Shown: piece after piece, positions 1 through 9,738 of the stretch
How positions within the stretch are numbered: the first letter of the stretch is position 1
How the letters are laid out: every line of letters starts with the position of its first letter
Source: Amoebidium appalachense
Taxonomy: Eukaryota; Protista; Ichthyosporea
Direction of reading: 5' to 3'
Assembly (NCBI GenBank): GCA_963693365.1
Contig: CAVNZM010000003.1
Coordinates: 5,584,499-5,648,498 of the forward strand
DNA length: 64,000 nucleotides
Position numbers and translations under genes: made by a program
The notes under the pieces: generated by a model
Databases searched by the model: none
What the model was told of the DNA's origin: nothing
The model's input: the letters and a program-made list of their open reading frames with translations, nothing else

Positions 1-57
1 GTTTATTTCGTGCATGAACTTCTCCCGGAAGCACATCAAACAACTTCCAAGCCCTCC

Positions 58-200
58 CATGCTAACACCATCCCATCAAACCAACCCCCATCTAGCTCAT
101 GCTAACACCATCCCATCAAACCAACCCCCATCTAGCTCATGCTAACACCATCCCATCAAACCAACCCCCATCTAGCTCATGCTAACACCACCCCCATCAA
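58..200. repeat. 40-bp tandem repeat, about 3.5 copies
   Basis: gctaacaccatcccatcaaaccaacccccatctagctcat at 61, 101 and 141, partial copy at 181. Confidence 0.95.
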
Positions 201-224
201 CCCCCCCCCCCCCCCCCTCAGCCC

Positions 225-1088
225 TCACTCAAGCTCCGCAACAACCTTCATCACCCAATCATACCCCTCCCGCAGGCGCTGCTCAATCATCTCCATGTCC
301 TGAACAAAATAGTGGTTGCCCTCATCCCACCAAACGGGAACCTCCACCGCCCACTCATCGATCGATGCCGCAAGAGCAGAGTCTCTCTCCTCCGCCCCCC
401 ACACATCGTCCGAGTCGATACGTTTCCCGGGAGGGTACTTCGGATCCCTCTGCACTCGATCAAACAGAAATATCTCGCACTGCCGGAGCACGTTGCCACT
501 TGCAAGCTCCCCGGGTGTGAGCGCAAAGGGGACGAGGTTTGGACGGGGAGAACCGGGGGGGCGGGGAACGTAGGCGAACTGGCCGGGCCCCTCCCCGCCC
601 TGGCGGCGGTGGACACGTTCGGCAATCCGATGGCGCAGCGCTTGCTTGTTGCGCTCCACAGCATCCTCCGCCGACCAAAAACCCACATACCCGTCCTTAA
701 CAGCCCGAGCCGCCTCTGCCATGTCGTGGAGCGCCTGCGCCACCGCCCGTGCCTTAGCCGCGCCCACGACGTTGCGCCCAGGCTGCTGCAGGTACTGGCG
801 CAGACCCGGCACGACGGACTGTGCAGCCACTGCGCACCCCCCGAACTCCGTGACCAACGGACGCACCTTGTCGCGCGCGGGCCCGACGGCGTTCTCTGCG
901 GCGACGAGGGCAAGGATGGCGTCCTGGCAGTGGTTTAATTCCCTGCACACCTTCACATGCGCGGGGATCTGGTCGCTGTGCATGTCAGCGACACAAGCGC
1001 GGCACTTGACCATGTATTTGTCCTTGGTGTTCTTAGTGAAAAGGTGATCGGTCAGCCATTTGTAGCTGCGCTTGCCTACTTGTTCCAT
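225..1088 (-). CDS. Hypothetical protein with N-terminal BED-like zinc finger
   Basis: Long intronless ORF, first ATG at 1088 (MEQVGKR). W..HLF...VKCRAC...HVKVC resembles a BED finger. Confidence 0.6.
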   Translation of the reverse strand: MEQVGKRSYKWLTDHLFTKNTKDKYMVKCRACVADMHSDQIPAHVKVCRELNHCQDAILALVAAENAVGPARDKVRPLVTEFGGCAVAAQSVVPGLRQYLQQPGRNVVGAAKARAVAQALHDMAEAARAVKDGYVGFWSAEDAVERNKQALRHRIAERVHRRQGGEGPGQFAYVPRPPGSPRPNLVPFALTPGELASGNVLRQCEIFLFDRVQRDPKYPPGKRIDSDDVWGAEERDSALAASIDEWAVEVPVWWDEGNHYFVQDMEMIEQRLREGYDWVMKVVAELE

Positions 1089-2157
1089 GGTGTGTGTGTG
1101 TAGAAATGGGGGTGCAAAGCGAAAAATCAGTAAAAGGCGACCTAACAAGCGACTTCAAAGCCTTTGATGTTGACACTACAGAAGGTGTGTGAAAGTGACA
1201 CCCTATCAGCTGTGCCGTGCCCTTAGAAGCCAATTCCCAACTGATGCTGACGAAATGATATCATTGGTCAATTAAACAGTCACGCGTTTGATTGGGAGAA
1301 TGCTTTCAGATCCAGATCACCAAACTGCACGATTGGCTGCTGGGGATTGGATCACACCCAATTCAAGATCCAATCAGATCCCGCGAAGAGCAGGCAATGC
1401 CAGTGCTTCAAGATTTTTCAATGACAGCTGATGCCTTTTTCTCTTCTATCCCTTAGAACCAAACATAAGAATAAAATCAAACGTTTTATACCCAATTTCA
1501 TATTCAAGGTAGTTTTATAAACAATTCGGTCACATTTCTAATAGAAATCGCGAAGAAATAGTCCTATCAACGATTACAAACAGATTCTGAAACCTTGGTC
1601 AGGATCTTGAACGCTTTCGACCAATCAGATCGAATAGCGGGGTAGCCAACTGCGCGCTGCTTTGGCCGTTTATTGGCACACCTGGCGCTGCTTTGGAACG
1701 AAGTTGTGGTTCCGCGTTGCCTGTTCCGGGGGCTGGGGGGGGCGCCTGTGGCACACAGACCCTTTCGTGAGACCACTGTGCCTTCCGTGCCTCGCGTGCC
1801 CCTCATGCCCCCAGGCCCCGCTCCTAGGAAAAAGCAATCGGCGAACAGGGTCCACCCCCGGCACCTGTTCTCCAAGGATCCGGGAGACATGGTTGGGGAT
1901 GCCATGGTGTTCTCTTGGGTTCCGGGAGACATGGGGGGGACCGGCGATGCTGTTCTCTAGCAAAATGCGGGCCAAACGTTCATGGGCACTGCCGTGTTCT
2001 CTCTGGTTTGTGGAGAAATCGGTGGACTGGGTAGGGGGCGGGGGGCAGGAGAACAGGGTGGTGAACGCGCAGGTGGATATGGGCCGGGTTGTTGCCGTGT
2101 GACGTAAAGGTCGATTTTGATAGTTTGTGGTACTTTATCTGTCGGTTCAACACCGTG

Positions 2158-2955
2158 ATGTCTCAACTCAGCGAAGGGGCGGTTGTGCGCTGCCTCCACC
2201 TGGTGCGCACGTTTTTGGATAACGATAAGAGCAGCGCTTTGTTCATGCAGGGATACACAACGCACCACCTAGTGTTATACATCAAGCACCTGATGGAATT
2301 GGAAATAAACGAAAAGGTCCCAGTCGAACATATTGAGAGGCTGATCTCCTGCCCCGATGAAATGTCCGAACACACGCGCTCATCGAAGAAACTGAAAAAC
2401 GTCGTTATAGCAGTTCGCGAGCTGTTCCCCACACCGTGGGTTTGGAAGGGGATTGATCCAGGCACGTTTACGGTGGAGCTCGCTAGGGAGGTCCATCGCA
2501 AGGTCATGGACGGGCTGCTCGATAGCGCTGGACGGTATCGGGTGCGCTTTGCGCTTCCCGCAGGCTGCAGTCATCAGTACCTTGCACCGTTCAAGATCGA
2601 AGAGGCTCTCAAGCGCCTGTTCGAAAGGACACGCACCGAACTCCAAGGCTGCAATGACGTTCTCGGTGCCATACAGGTCACTGCCCGTTTCCTCGGGGAG
2701 TTCCTCTACATCCACCCGTTCAGCAACGGCAACGGGCGCGTCGCCCGTCTGTTGGTCAGCGTGCTGCTCTCGCCCTATATTGCCGTTCCTCTCTCGTTGT
2801 ACACAGACCGCAGCTCCCGCGAGCGCTACCACTCGCTGCTGCTGGCCGCGCAGAGCCAGCCGCCCCCCCACGACTACTCCGAGCTGGCGGCCTTCGTGCT
2901 GGACTGCGCAAGGGCAAACCTGGTCTCGGTGTGCAACGCCCTGGATTTGGAATGA
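2158..2955 (+). CDS. Fic/DOC-domain protein (AMPylase-like)
   Basis: Canonical Fic motif HPFSNGNGRVAR, preceded by EVHRKVM...AGRYR. First ATG at 2158; the frame is open from about 2089. Confidence 0.92.
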   Translation: MSQLSEGAVVRCLHLVRTFLDNDKSSALFMQGYTTHHLVLYIKHLMELEINEKVPVEHIERLISCPDEMSEHTRSSKKLKNVVIAVRELFPTPWVWKGIDPGTFTVELAREVHRKVMDGLLDSAGRYRVRFALPAGCSHQYLAPFKIEEALKRLFERTRTELQGCNDVLGAIQVTARFLGEFLYIHPFSNGNGRVARLLVSVLLSPYIAVPLSLYTDRSSRERYHSLLLAAQSQPPPHDYSELAAFVLDCARANLVSVCNALDLE

Positions 2956-3863
2956 AGCCGCCAACTCTTATCGCGCCCTACATCAACATGGACACACCCT
3001 CCCAAGCCAGGACACGTGTGCGGATCCTGCTGCCCGGGGGCGGCGTCAAGGGCTGCTTCCAAGTCGGGTTCATGCAGGGGATGCTCGCGTCGGGGCTGTA
3101 CCAGGTCGACAGGGTGTACGGCACGTCCGTCGGCGCGCTGGTGGCGCCGTTCGTGGTTGCCGACCGCCTGGACGACCTGGCGCGCGAGCTGGGGAAGCTG
3201 AAGTGCGTGGAGGACATTGTGGAACCGTGGGGCGGCGCAATGGCGCTGCTTCCGAAAAGCTGGAGGACGGTTGTGGGGTCAATGCTGTACGGGGCGGCGT
3301 ACAGCCGCTTCACCCTGCAGGAGCGTGCGGCGGCGCTTCTGGAGGGCATCGACGCGGACATCTACACGCGCTGCCACTGCGTCGCCTGGGACTTCCTCAA
3401 CAAGAAGGAGCGGTGGTTCACAGGGCCCGAGTACCAGGTCGGCATGCGCGCGTCTTCGGCCCTTCCACTCGCGGTCCCCCCCGTCGAGTACGACGGCACC
3501 GTGTTTCTGGACGGCGGGGTCTCTGAGCTGGTGCCCCTCACCAAGGCACTCGAGGATGCCGCAGATGGGTTCGACGGCATCTACGTCACGGTGCTGTGCG
3601 ACTCGCTGGCGCACTGCCCCGCAGAATCCGTGCCAAAAACGGGCATGGAGCTCTGCTATGCTCTGCAGCGTGACTCGGGCACCGAGCTGGCGGCCACCGA
3701 GTTCGCCAACCTCCGCACCCGCCTCGGAGACCGCCTCGTGGTGGTCGCTCCAGAGCGGAGGCTGTTTGCGTCGCCCATGGACGTCGACCCCGGGAAGGTC
3801 GCGCGGGCGCTTGCGGATGGCCGCACGGCGTTTGCTGCCTGGGCCGCCGCGGCACGCCAATAA
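2952..3863 (+). CDS. Patatin-like phospholipase
   Basis: GGGVKG oxyanion motif, GTSVG nucleophile motif and DGG motif. ATG at 2952 overlaps the Fic stop (ATGA). Confidence 0.93.
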   Translation: MKPPTLIAPYINMDTPSQARTRVRILLPGGGVKGCFQVGFMQGMLASGLYQVDRVYGTSVGALVAPFVVADRLDDLARELGKLKCVEDIVEPWGGAMALLPKSWRTVVGSMLYGAAYSRFTLQERAAALLEGIDADIYTRCHCVAWDFLNKKERWFTGPEYQVGMRASSALPLAVPPVEYDGTVFLDGGVSELVPLTKALEDAADGFDGIYVTVLCDSLAHCPAESVPKTGMELCYALQRDSGTELAATEFANLRTRLGDRLVVVAPERRLFASPMDVDPGKVARALADGRTAFAAWAAAARQ

Positions 3864-4041
3864 ACCCGGGTCCAGTCCATATCTGCCACCCATCCGGGCC
3901 TGGGGGGCTGGGGGTGGCTGGGGGTGGCCGGGGGTGGCTGGGGGGGGCTCCTGTGTCCCCCCAGCGCACGTGCCTCGCCCGCCTCCTGGTCCTTCCGTGC
4001 CCCACTTGCCACTCCCAGCCCCCCAAGCCCCGGGCGCAGTG

Positions 4042-4704
4042 TCACTGGCTAATTGCCCTTATTTTTGCAAAGGATACCCTGTATCCTTTTGCTATGGTTG
4101 ACCCAGGTACATAAACACTCACACGCTCTCCGAGCACCTGCCTGAGAGTCCTGCCCATGGTGTTGACACTAGCCTTGCTGTGGTCTTTGCCATTTTTCTG
4201 GCACCAGACCTGGAAAATTGGTAGAAGGGTGGCGGAATCAGTGATAGTGCCATCCTTGATGTGTGGAGTATCACCATCGGTAACCAAACTCTTGAGAAAC
4301 AGCACGTAGTCCTCCCGGCAGAGGGTAATCTCAGGAAGATCACATACAACTGGCTGCATCTCAGACTTTGGAGGGCAAGCCTGTGACCCCCACATTAGCT
4401 CCATTACATCCTGCTCGACTGTTACTCGTATACCCAGACGAGACATTGTCTCAACTGCCACTCTGAACACCTCGATCGGTGCTGTATCAAATAGGTGAAT
4501 TCTTGGACGATGTTTAGGATAGAACCCCCAATAGGATAGCACCTGCCCAATGGCGGACTTCCATTTGGAAGCACGCTTAACTTCGATGATTTCGGTGCTC
4601 GTCAAAAGGTCAATTCGTCCAGCTGGAGTTAAGACCTCGGTAGTCCCCCCTTCTATTTGTGCTAGTCTGTCTCTGACAGACGCCTCGTCGTAGTCGGCCA
4701 TCAT
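4042..4704 (-). CDS. PD-(D/E)XK-type nuclease domain fused to a C-terminal winged-helix-like domain
   Basis: EV.TPAGRIDLLT...IIEVK...WKSAIGQVLSY nuclease motif. The C-terminus resembles the C-terminus of the helicase at 5678-7204. Confidence 0.75.
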   Translation of the reverse strand: MMADYDEASVRDRLAQIEGGTTEVLTPAGRIDLLTSTEIIEVKRASKWKSAIGQVLSYWGFYPKHRPRIHLFDTAPIEVFRVAVETMSRLGIRVTVEQDVMELMWGSQACPPKSEMQPVVCDLPEITLCREDYVLFLKSLVTDGDTPHIKDGTITDSATLLPIFQVWCQKNGKDHSKASVNTMGRTLRQVLGERVSVYVPGSTIAKGYRVSFAKIRAISQ

Positions 4705-4894
4705 ATAAGCACAAAGAAAAAAAAAAACATCAAGCCCAAGCGAGCCGCCGGTGAGCCACCGTGCCTCCCCGTCCTCCCCGGCCCCATGCTTAGTGTGCCA
4801 CCCCCAGCCACCCCCAGCCCCCCATGCCCCGCCGCGGTAGCTTTGAAAGCTGTTTTCAGACTAAGTGCAAGACCTGCTTGCTCGTCTCTGACGT

Positions 4895-5365
4895 TTATTG
4901 GATGTCGACATGGTGTTTTCGGATGTGATACCAGAGACTGGCTCGCTGGCGATATGACACCTGGCAGCCTGGTTCCTTACATTGGTATGGGCGGTCTCCA
5001 GTGTGGCGATTCATGTGCACTACGAGTGCGTCTTTACTATTAAAGTTGGCTTCACAACCATCCCATGTGCATTTAAATGCTCTTGCATCTGTGTGCTTGT
5101 ACTGGTGCATTTTTAGTTGGCTTTTACATCTAAACACAGCTTTACACCCATCCCAACTGCATTGGTATGGTGCTTCCCCCGTGTGAAGCCGATAGTGAAC
5201 CTCGAACGAGTGTTTCTGTGTAAATCTTCTTATGCACCCTGGCCACGAACAGACATGAGGACGGTGACCCAGGTGTGTGAGAGTGTGTCGCCTGAGTGCT
5301 GCATTACTATCAAAAGGCATTTTACAAGTCTCCCAATCACACACAAAGGCTAGTTGCGCCTCCAT
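4895..5365 (-). CDS. C2H2 zinc-finger protein, five fingers, GLI/Zic-like, intronless
   Basis: Repeated CxWxxC...HxxxH fingers with HTGEAPY and HTGDRPY linkers. Confidence 0.9.
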   Translation of the reverse strand: MEAQLAFVCDWETCKMPFDSNAALRRHTLTHLGHRPHVCSWPGCIRRFTQKHSFEVHYRLHTGEAPYQCSWDGCKAVFRCKSQLKMHQYKHTDARAFKCTWDGCEANFNSKDALVVHMNRHTGDRPYQCKEPGCQVSYRQRASLWYHIRKHHVDIQ

Positions 5366-5510
5366 GTTTCACTGTAAACTCTGGATAAAAAAAAATATTA
5401 ACCATCTGGACTGATCGGGGGTTCTCTGATGTCGATTATCGCAACCCCCAAAACACCCTATCCTCCAATCAAATGGCTCCGTTTTTTGACCTCCCCTTAG
5501 CTCAAACCCT

Positions 5511-5672
5511 CTCCCGACCTCCCGATTCTCCCGATAAAATAACCTTATATAGAAGCAGTAAGAAATCAATTAGAAAAACTGCAAAGTTACGTGACTTTTA
5601 ACCAATCATTATCTCCCGATATCTCCCGATGTTGGATTTCGATCGGGAGATCGATCTGGAGATATCGGGAGA
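5511..5672. repeat. Iteron-like CTCCCGA cluster, direct and inverted, with a 15-bp stem
   Basis: ctcccga three times at 5511-5534. tctcccgatatctcc (5612-5626) pairs with ggagatatcgggaga (5658-5672). Confidence 0.8.
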
Positions 5673-5677
5673 ATTGT

Positions 5678-7204
5678 TCAAGCCTTAGCAATGGCTCTTG
5701 GGCATAATATATAGCAATCTGCCTTCGCGCTGGTACCGGTTGGGGGGTGGTATGGCCATCTGCAGATGTTTGCTTCCAGTGTAGTCTTCGGCTTGCCCAG
5801 AATTTTCCTGATAGCCATCCCAAAAGTCCGGTTGCTTGGCAGTTTTGTGTCTCGGGCATTGATCTTGTGCCAAGCTTGGTACAGCTGAAACAGGCCTGTA
5901 GGGGTAACAGCACAGCCGCTGTAAATGAAGTCAAACTCCTCACAGCCATTTGTGTGAGAGATGAGGTCCTTGAGAAATTGAGCCTCGTCGCTCCGGCTAA
6001 TCGATTTGATGTTCATCTTTGTGTCGTTATCCATAGGCCTGGGCATTGTTTGGGGGATGTCTGGCATGTTCATGAAGTCGTGGTAAATTGCTGCCAATAC
6101 GTCAGGACGTCTGTGATACTCCACAAAGGCCTCGAAGTATTTGTGGTCACCAATCCGTTCCGGACTGACCCCAAAACATGCCCATCGCCTATCACTGGTC
6201 TCCACACGTACAGGCCAATCTTCGTTAGACAAGACAACATATCGCTCATACGAGTTGGTGTTGATTGCATCACATCCTTTCTTCTCCAACATCATGGTGG
6301 GCTGTGTAATGCGCGCCTTCATTAAGTTGTTAGTTTCGTGTGAACCACCCCACGTCACCTCGTCGCACAGCACAAGAAGTTTGTTTGCAATGTGCTGGTT
6401 GAACTTTCCCGACATGTGCTCCCGGTGAATGACATAGGCGTAGTACTCTGGTGAAAGGATGTCCATGATTGCCTGCCACCACACGTTCTTTCCGGTTCCT
6501 TGTTCAGATACAAACAGCAGTGCTGTACCTGGTTTGCTTCCAGGGTACTGAAACAGGTGGGCAACCCACATCCGCAGATAACTGTACTCGTCTTCCCGGT
6601 TGTTGCACAGAACCCTTCTGGCATGCTCGTGGAACGAGCTGGTCAGGTCTTGACGCAGACAGTACTCTGGGTCAAAATTGAAACGGAGTCCTCGATAGAT
6701 ATTGTATGGACGATAGACCGAATCGGTATTGTCTGGCTTTCGTTTTCCGGTTTTGGGGTCAGGATCAGCTGGGTCAAAGATGATCTTGGTGTAGATGGGG
6801 ATTGCGGTTGTTTTTAAGATTTCTGTCCCATTAATTGGAGGTTGGGGCTTCCATTGTTTTCCAACCTTCATGTTTGGCTGCCGAAATGAAAAGAGTGAAA
6901 GTGTTGCATAGATTTCCTGCCTGCTGACGATCTTTGCAACATGCTGTTTAATCTCATGGTCAAATGTTTTCAGGACAAATAGAGTTGTCCCGCTGATGTG
7001 TGCAACATTGGCGCCTATGAATTCCTCCACCTCCTCTCTCGCCCACTCTCTGAATTCGCAGGTCGCTGGGTTCATCATCAGCCCCTTATAGGCATCAGCC
7101 CCGAGATACTCAAATGCTTCAAAGCGCTCTTTGCTTCTCTTTCTGATACGCTCTTGATCGATGCCAAACATTGTCTCTTGTCCAGTTTGTTGGTGTGTCT
7201 GCAT
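5678..7204 (-). CDS. D5-like superfamily 3 helicase (primase-helicase C-terminal module)
   Basis: Walker A SEQGTGKN, Walker B LVLCDEV, motif C VVLSN, DRR arginine finger and a C-terminal winged-helix. No primase catalytic domain recognised. Confidence 0.9.
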   Translation of the reverse strand: MQTHQQTGQETMFGIDQERIRKRSKERFEAFEYLGADAYKGLMMNPATCEFREWAREEVEEFIGANVAHISGTTLFVLKTFDHEIKQHVAKIVSRQEIYATLSLFSFRQPNMKVGKQWKPQPPINGTEILKTTAIPIYTKIIFDPADPDPKTGKRKPDNTDSVYRPYNIYRGLRFNFDPEYCLRQDLTSSFHEHARRVLCNNREDEYSYLRMWVAHLFQYPGSKPGTALLFVSEQGTGKNVWWQAIMDILSPEYYAYVIHREHMSGKFNQHIANKLLVLCDEVTWGGSHETNNLMKARITQPTMMLEKKGCDAINTNSYERYVVLSNEDWPVRVETSDRRWACFGVSPERIGDHKYFEAFVEYHRRPDVLAAIYHDFMNMPDIPQTMPRPMDNDTKMNIKSISRSDEAQFLKDLISHTNGCEEFDFIYSGCAVTPTGLFQLYQAWHKINARDTKLPSNRTFGMAIRKILGKPKTTLEANICRWPYHPPTGTSAKADCYILCPRAIAKA

Positions 7205-7309
7205 TATTAGTATTGCTGAGAAAATATTTACGCAGGGACACTGCTGGAAAATACTGAATTTTCTGCCTTTTATACCCTTGGGGTTGGGGCTGCCGGGTCC
7301 AGAAAACTC

Positions 7310-7918
7310 TCAATTTTTCGATGCGTCGCCCTGGAAAATGTTGAACGTCCGGCTATGGGTAGACGTGTAACGCGGGTTGCGAACGCCAGTCTCGGGATCG
7401 GGGTCGTTGCGGTCGAAGACGATGCCACCGTGGTAAACGACCATATGACTGCTGTCCAAGTGCCACGATCCCTTGTATATCTTTATCTTCTTGCCTGTCG
7501 GGTTGTATTTGAACTTGTACTTGGACAGCATGTCGGCCACATTCTTCTTCGACTTGATCTCGAAGACGAATCTCCCATCCTTGAAACGCTTGAAGATGTA
7601 CGCACCGTCCGGGTGGGAATATGCCACCAGAGTACGGCAGAACGTATGAATCTGCTCCTCCGTCCACTCGTGTTGCTCAACGATGTCCGCGTCCAACCAG
7701 TTGTTGCGAGTGCCTGTTGTCCTCTCAAACTCCTCGTATGCTGCAAGCTTGAGCTGCTCGTTCTCGGACATACCCGTTGCTATCTTCATGTACAGATCTT
7801 CCATGTTGTCCGTTGTATATATGGTTAGATAATATCTGACGGGTGTCGCCTTGTGTTTGGGGTATTTATATCGGCTCGGATGCTGAACCCACCAGCTCGG
7901 GGTGCGCGGCTCTGACAT
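7310..7918 (-). CDS. Paralog of the N-terminal region of the adjacent D5-like helicase, lacking the ATPase
   Basis: IVFDRNDPDPETGVRNP...RTFNIFQG aligns with IIFDPADPDPKTGKRKP...RPYNIYRG of the helicase. The true start may be a downstream Met. Confidence 0.75.
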   Translation of the reverse strand: MSEPRTPSWWVQHPSRYKYPKHKATPVRYYLTIYTTDNMEDLYMKIATGMSENEQLKLAAYEEFERTTGTRNNWLDADIVEQHEWTEEQIHTFCRTLVAYSHPDGAYIFKRFKDGRFVFEIKSKKNVADMLSKYKFKYNPTGKKIKIYKGSWHLDSSHMVVYHGGIVFDRNDPDPETGVRNPRYTSTHSRTFNIFQGDASKN

Positions 7919-8303
7919 GGCAGTTGAGCGCAGCCGACCGGTTGAACGCAGATGTACAGCCCACAGACGGACACCTGAGGGTGTTCCGCACAGGCTGTTT
8001 TGGCGTCTTGTTTTCCTTGTGGACTAAGCGCCGGTGCCACCACAGTGCGGCAGGGTACGGGAAGTCGGCCGGGCACGTGTCACAGACGTATGGCCGCTCA
8101 CCGGTATGCATTCGCACATGCAGCTTCATGTAATCGCTGCGGGTAAAGGTAGCAAAGCAGCCTTCATGGGGGCACGTGTAAGGGCGTTTCTCGGAGTGTG
8201 TTGCGGCACGGTGTCTTTTCATGTTTGCGTTTGTGGTGAACGTTTGGGCACAGTCGGTGCATGGAAATACTCTCTTGTGTGGGGGTCTGCATGGTTCAGC
8301 CAT
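7866..8303 (-). CDS. C2H2 zinc-finger protein, four fingers
   Basis: CTDC..HRAATH, CPHEGC..HVRMHTGERPY, CDTC..HRRLVH, CPSVGC..HVRAAH. Confidence 0.88.
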   Translation of the reverse strand: MAEPCRPPHKRVFPCTDCAQTFTTNANMKRHRAATHSEKRPYTCPHEGCFATFTRSDYMKLHVRMHTGERPYVCDTCPADFPYPAALWWHRRLVHKENKTPKQPVRNTLRCPSVGCTSAFNRSAALNCHVRAAHPELVGSASEPI

Positions 8304-8351
8304 TGCTAAAGAAAGGGTAGAAAATGAATGTGGCCCCCCCCCCCCCCCCCC

Positions 8352-8606
8352 CTACCACCTGTACACCAGCACGCCGGCCAGCAGCACGAGCAGCACCATG
8401 CATGCAAGCGCTATGCCCCTCCACATCGAAGCCCTCTTGAGCTGTGCATCATGGTCGTCCAATGAAGTGCCCATGTAGAGCATGAAGCGCGTGCTGTTGT
8501 CGATGGTCAGGTGGTACTCGTGCGGGTCGGCGGCAATGTCATCCCTGCGCACCCACGAGTTACTCGGGTTGTCAAATCTCAGGTTTGCAATGTTCGGAGA
8601 AGTCAT
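8352..8606 (-). CDS. Small tail-anchored membrane protein
   Basis: ATG at 8606 (MTSPN); C-terminal hydrophobic helix IALACMVLLVLLAGVLVY. Confidence 0.5.
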   Translation of the reverse strand: MTSPNIANLRFDNPSNSWVRRDDIAADPHEYHLTIDNSTRFMLYMGTSLDDHDAQLKRASMWRGIALACMVLLVLLAGVLVYRW

Positions 8607-8686
8607 ACCTTCCGAAGAGATAGTTTGGAGCGCCCCCTCCCCAGCAACTCGGGGAGCACACACAGAGATTATGCATCGCAGTGCTA

Positions 8687-9058
8687 ATGGAACCTAAAAA
8701 CCGCTGGGACGTAGGGCGCGCCAAGACGGAGGACGCACTGACGAGGTACATGGACAGGGTGTGCTCGGGTGAGGATCCGGAAGGAACATGGTGGTTCACC
8801 ACCATGGCCCCGGGCGGCGCAACCACCGAGGACCTGAGCACAGCACTTGAAGATTGGGGTGAGCGCTGGCTTGACTATTTTTTCAAAGAGGTCGGCCACG
8901 TGGTGGAGGCAGCAGGGCTGCCGCTGCGCGAGGGTGTCTTTGACAGAGCCTACGGGCGCAACCGCAACCAGGAGTTCGAGGGGGTGGGTGCGGACCTTGA
9001 TGAGTGGAACGAGGGGACCCCCTGGAGCAACGCGGGCAACGTGGGGCATGCCTTATAG
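8687..9058 (+). CDS. Hypothetical acidic, Trp-rich protein
   Basis: Non-repetitive ORF with coding-like GC3 bias; no family recognised. Confidence 0.55.
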   Translation: MEPKNRWDVGRAKTEDALTRYMDRVCSGEDPEGTWWFTTMAPGGATTEDLSTALEDWGERWLDYFFKEVGHVVEAAGLPLREGVFDRAYGRNRNQEFEGVGADLDEWNEGTPWSNAGNVGHAL

Positions 9059-9738
9059 CAAAAAATCTTAAACAGTTTCGGGGTGAATATATAATGTAAA
9101 TCCAACGATCCAAATAATGGTTTTGCAACTTCACATTGGGGTGAATATACAATGTAAATCCAACAACAGAAATAAATATATCAATATGCTTGGCGCTTTA
9201 CTCGCACACTCTGTCGGAGCACCAGTCTCCGGTATTTTGGCATGAACTCGTCTGCATACACGTACTTCCTTGCACGTCTGTGACCCCTCTTTTTGGACCG
9301 ACCTCTTCGTTTTGACATGACGTTCACCCAAAAATTGTGGGCATCCGACTCCAAAACCTCTCCTAGTGAAACCACTTTCTCCGCTTACACCCTGCGGCAC
9401 ATTGGTTGCTGGTCCACGCGCCCTCCTCGAGCTCGAGGGACACCTTGCGCCACCCGGATTCTGCGCGCTTGATCTCGCACGCCACCACAATGTCTCCCGG
9501 TCGCACACCTGCGGTCCACATGCTTGTGCAACAGCGCACGCTCAGCACCTCACACTCCGATTCGGGCCCACGTACACACACGCCGAAACACGCAAGCGCG
9601 CACTCGTGGTCATGCAGCGCCTCGAGAACTGGCACCTTGCGAATGAGTGTGCGCCGACGCAGGCGGGGACTCTGGAGGGTATAAAAGCGTGTGTCTGACA
9701 CGGGGAGCTGCCAGTCTGAATCTGCACCAGAACCGACC

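Noticed and set aside
2380-4101. Alternative-frame and antisense ORFs over Fic and patatin
   Set aside because: Shadows of GC-rich coding sequence with no recognisable motifs.
9080-9165. 27-bp direct repeat ggggtgaatatataatgtaaatccaac
   Set aside because: Only two copies in an AT-rich spacer; no function can be supported.
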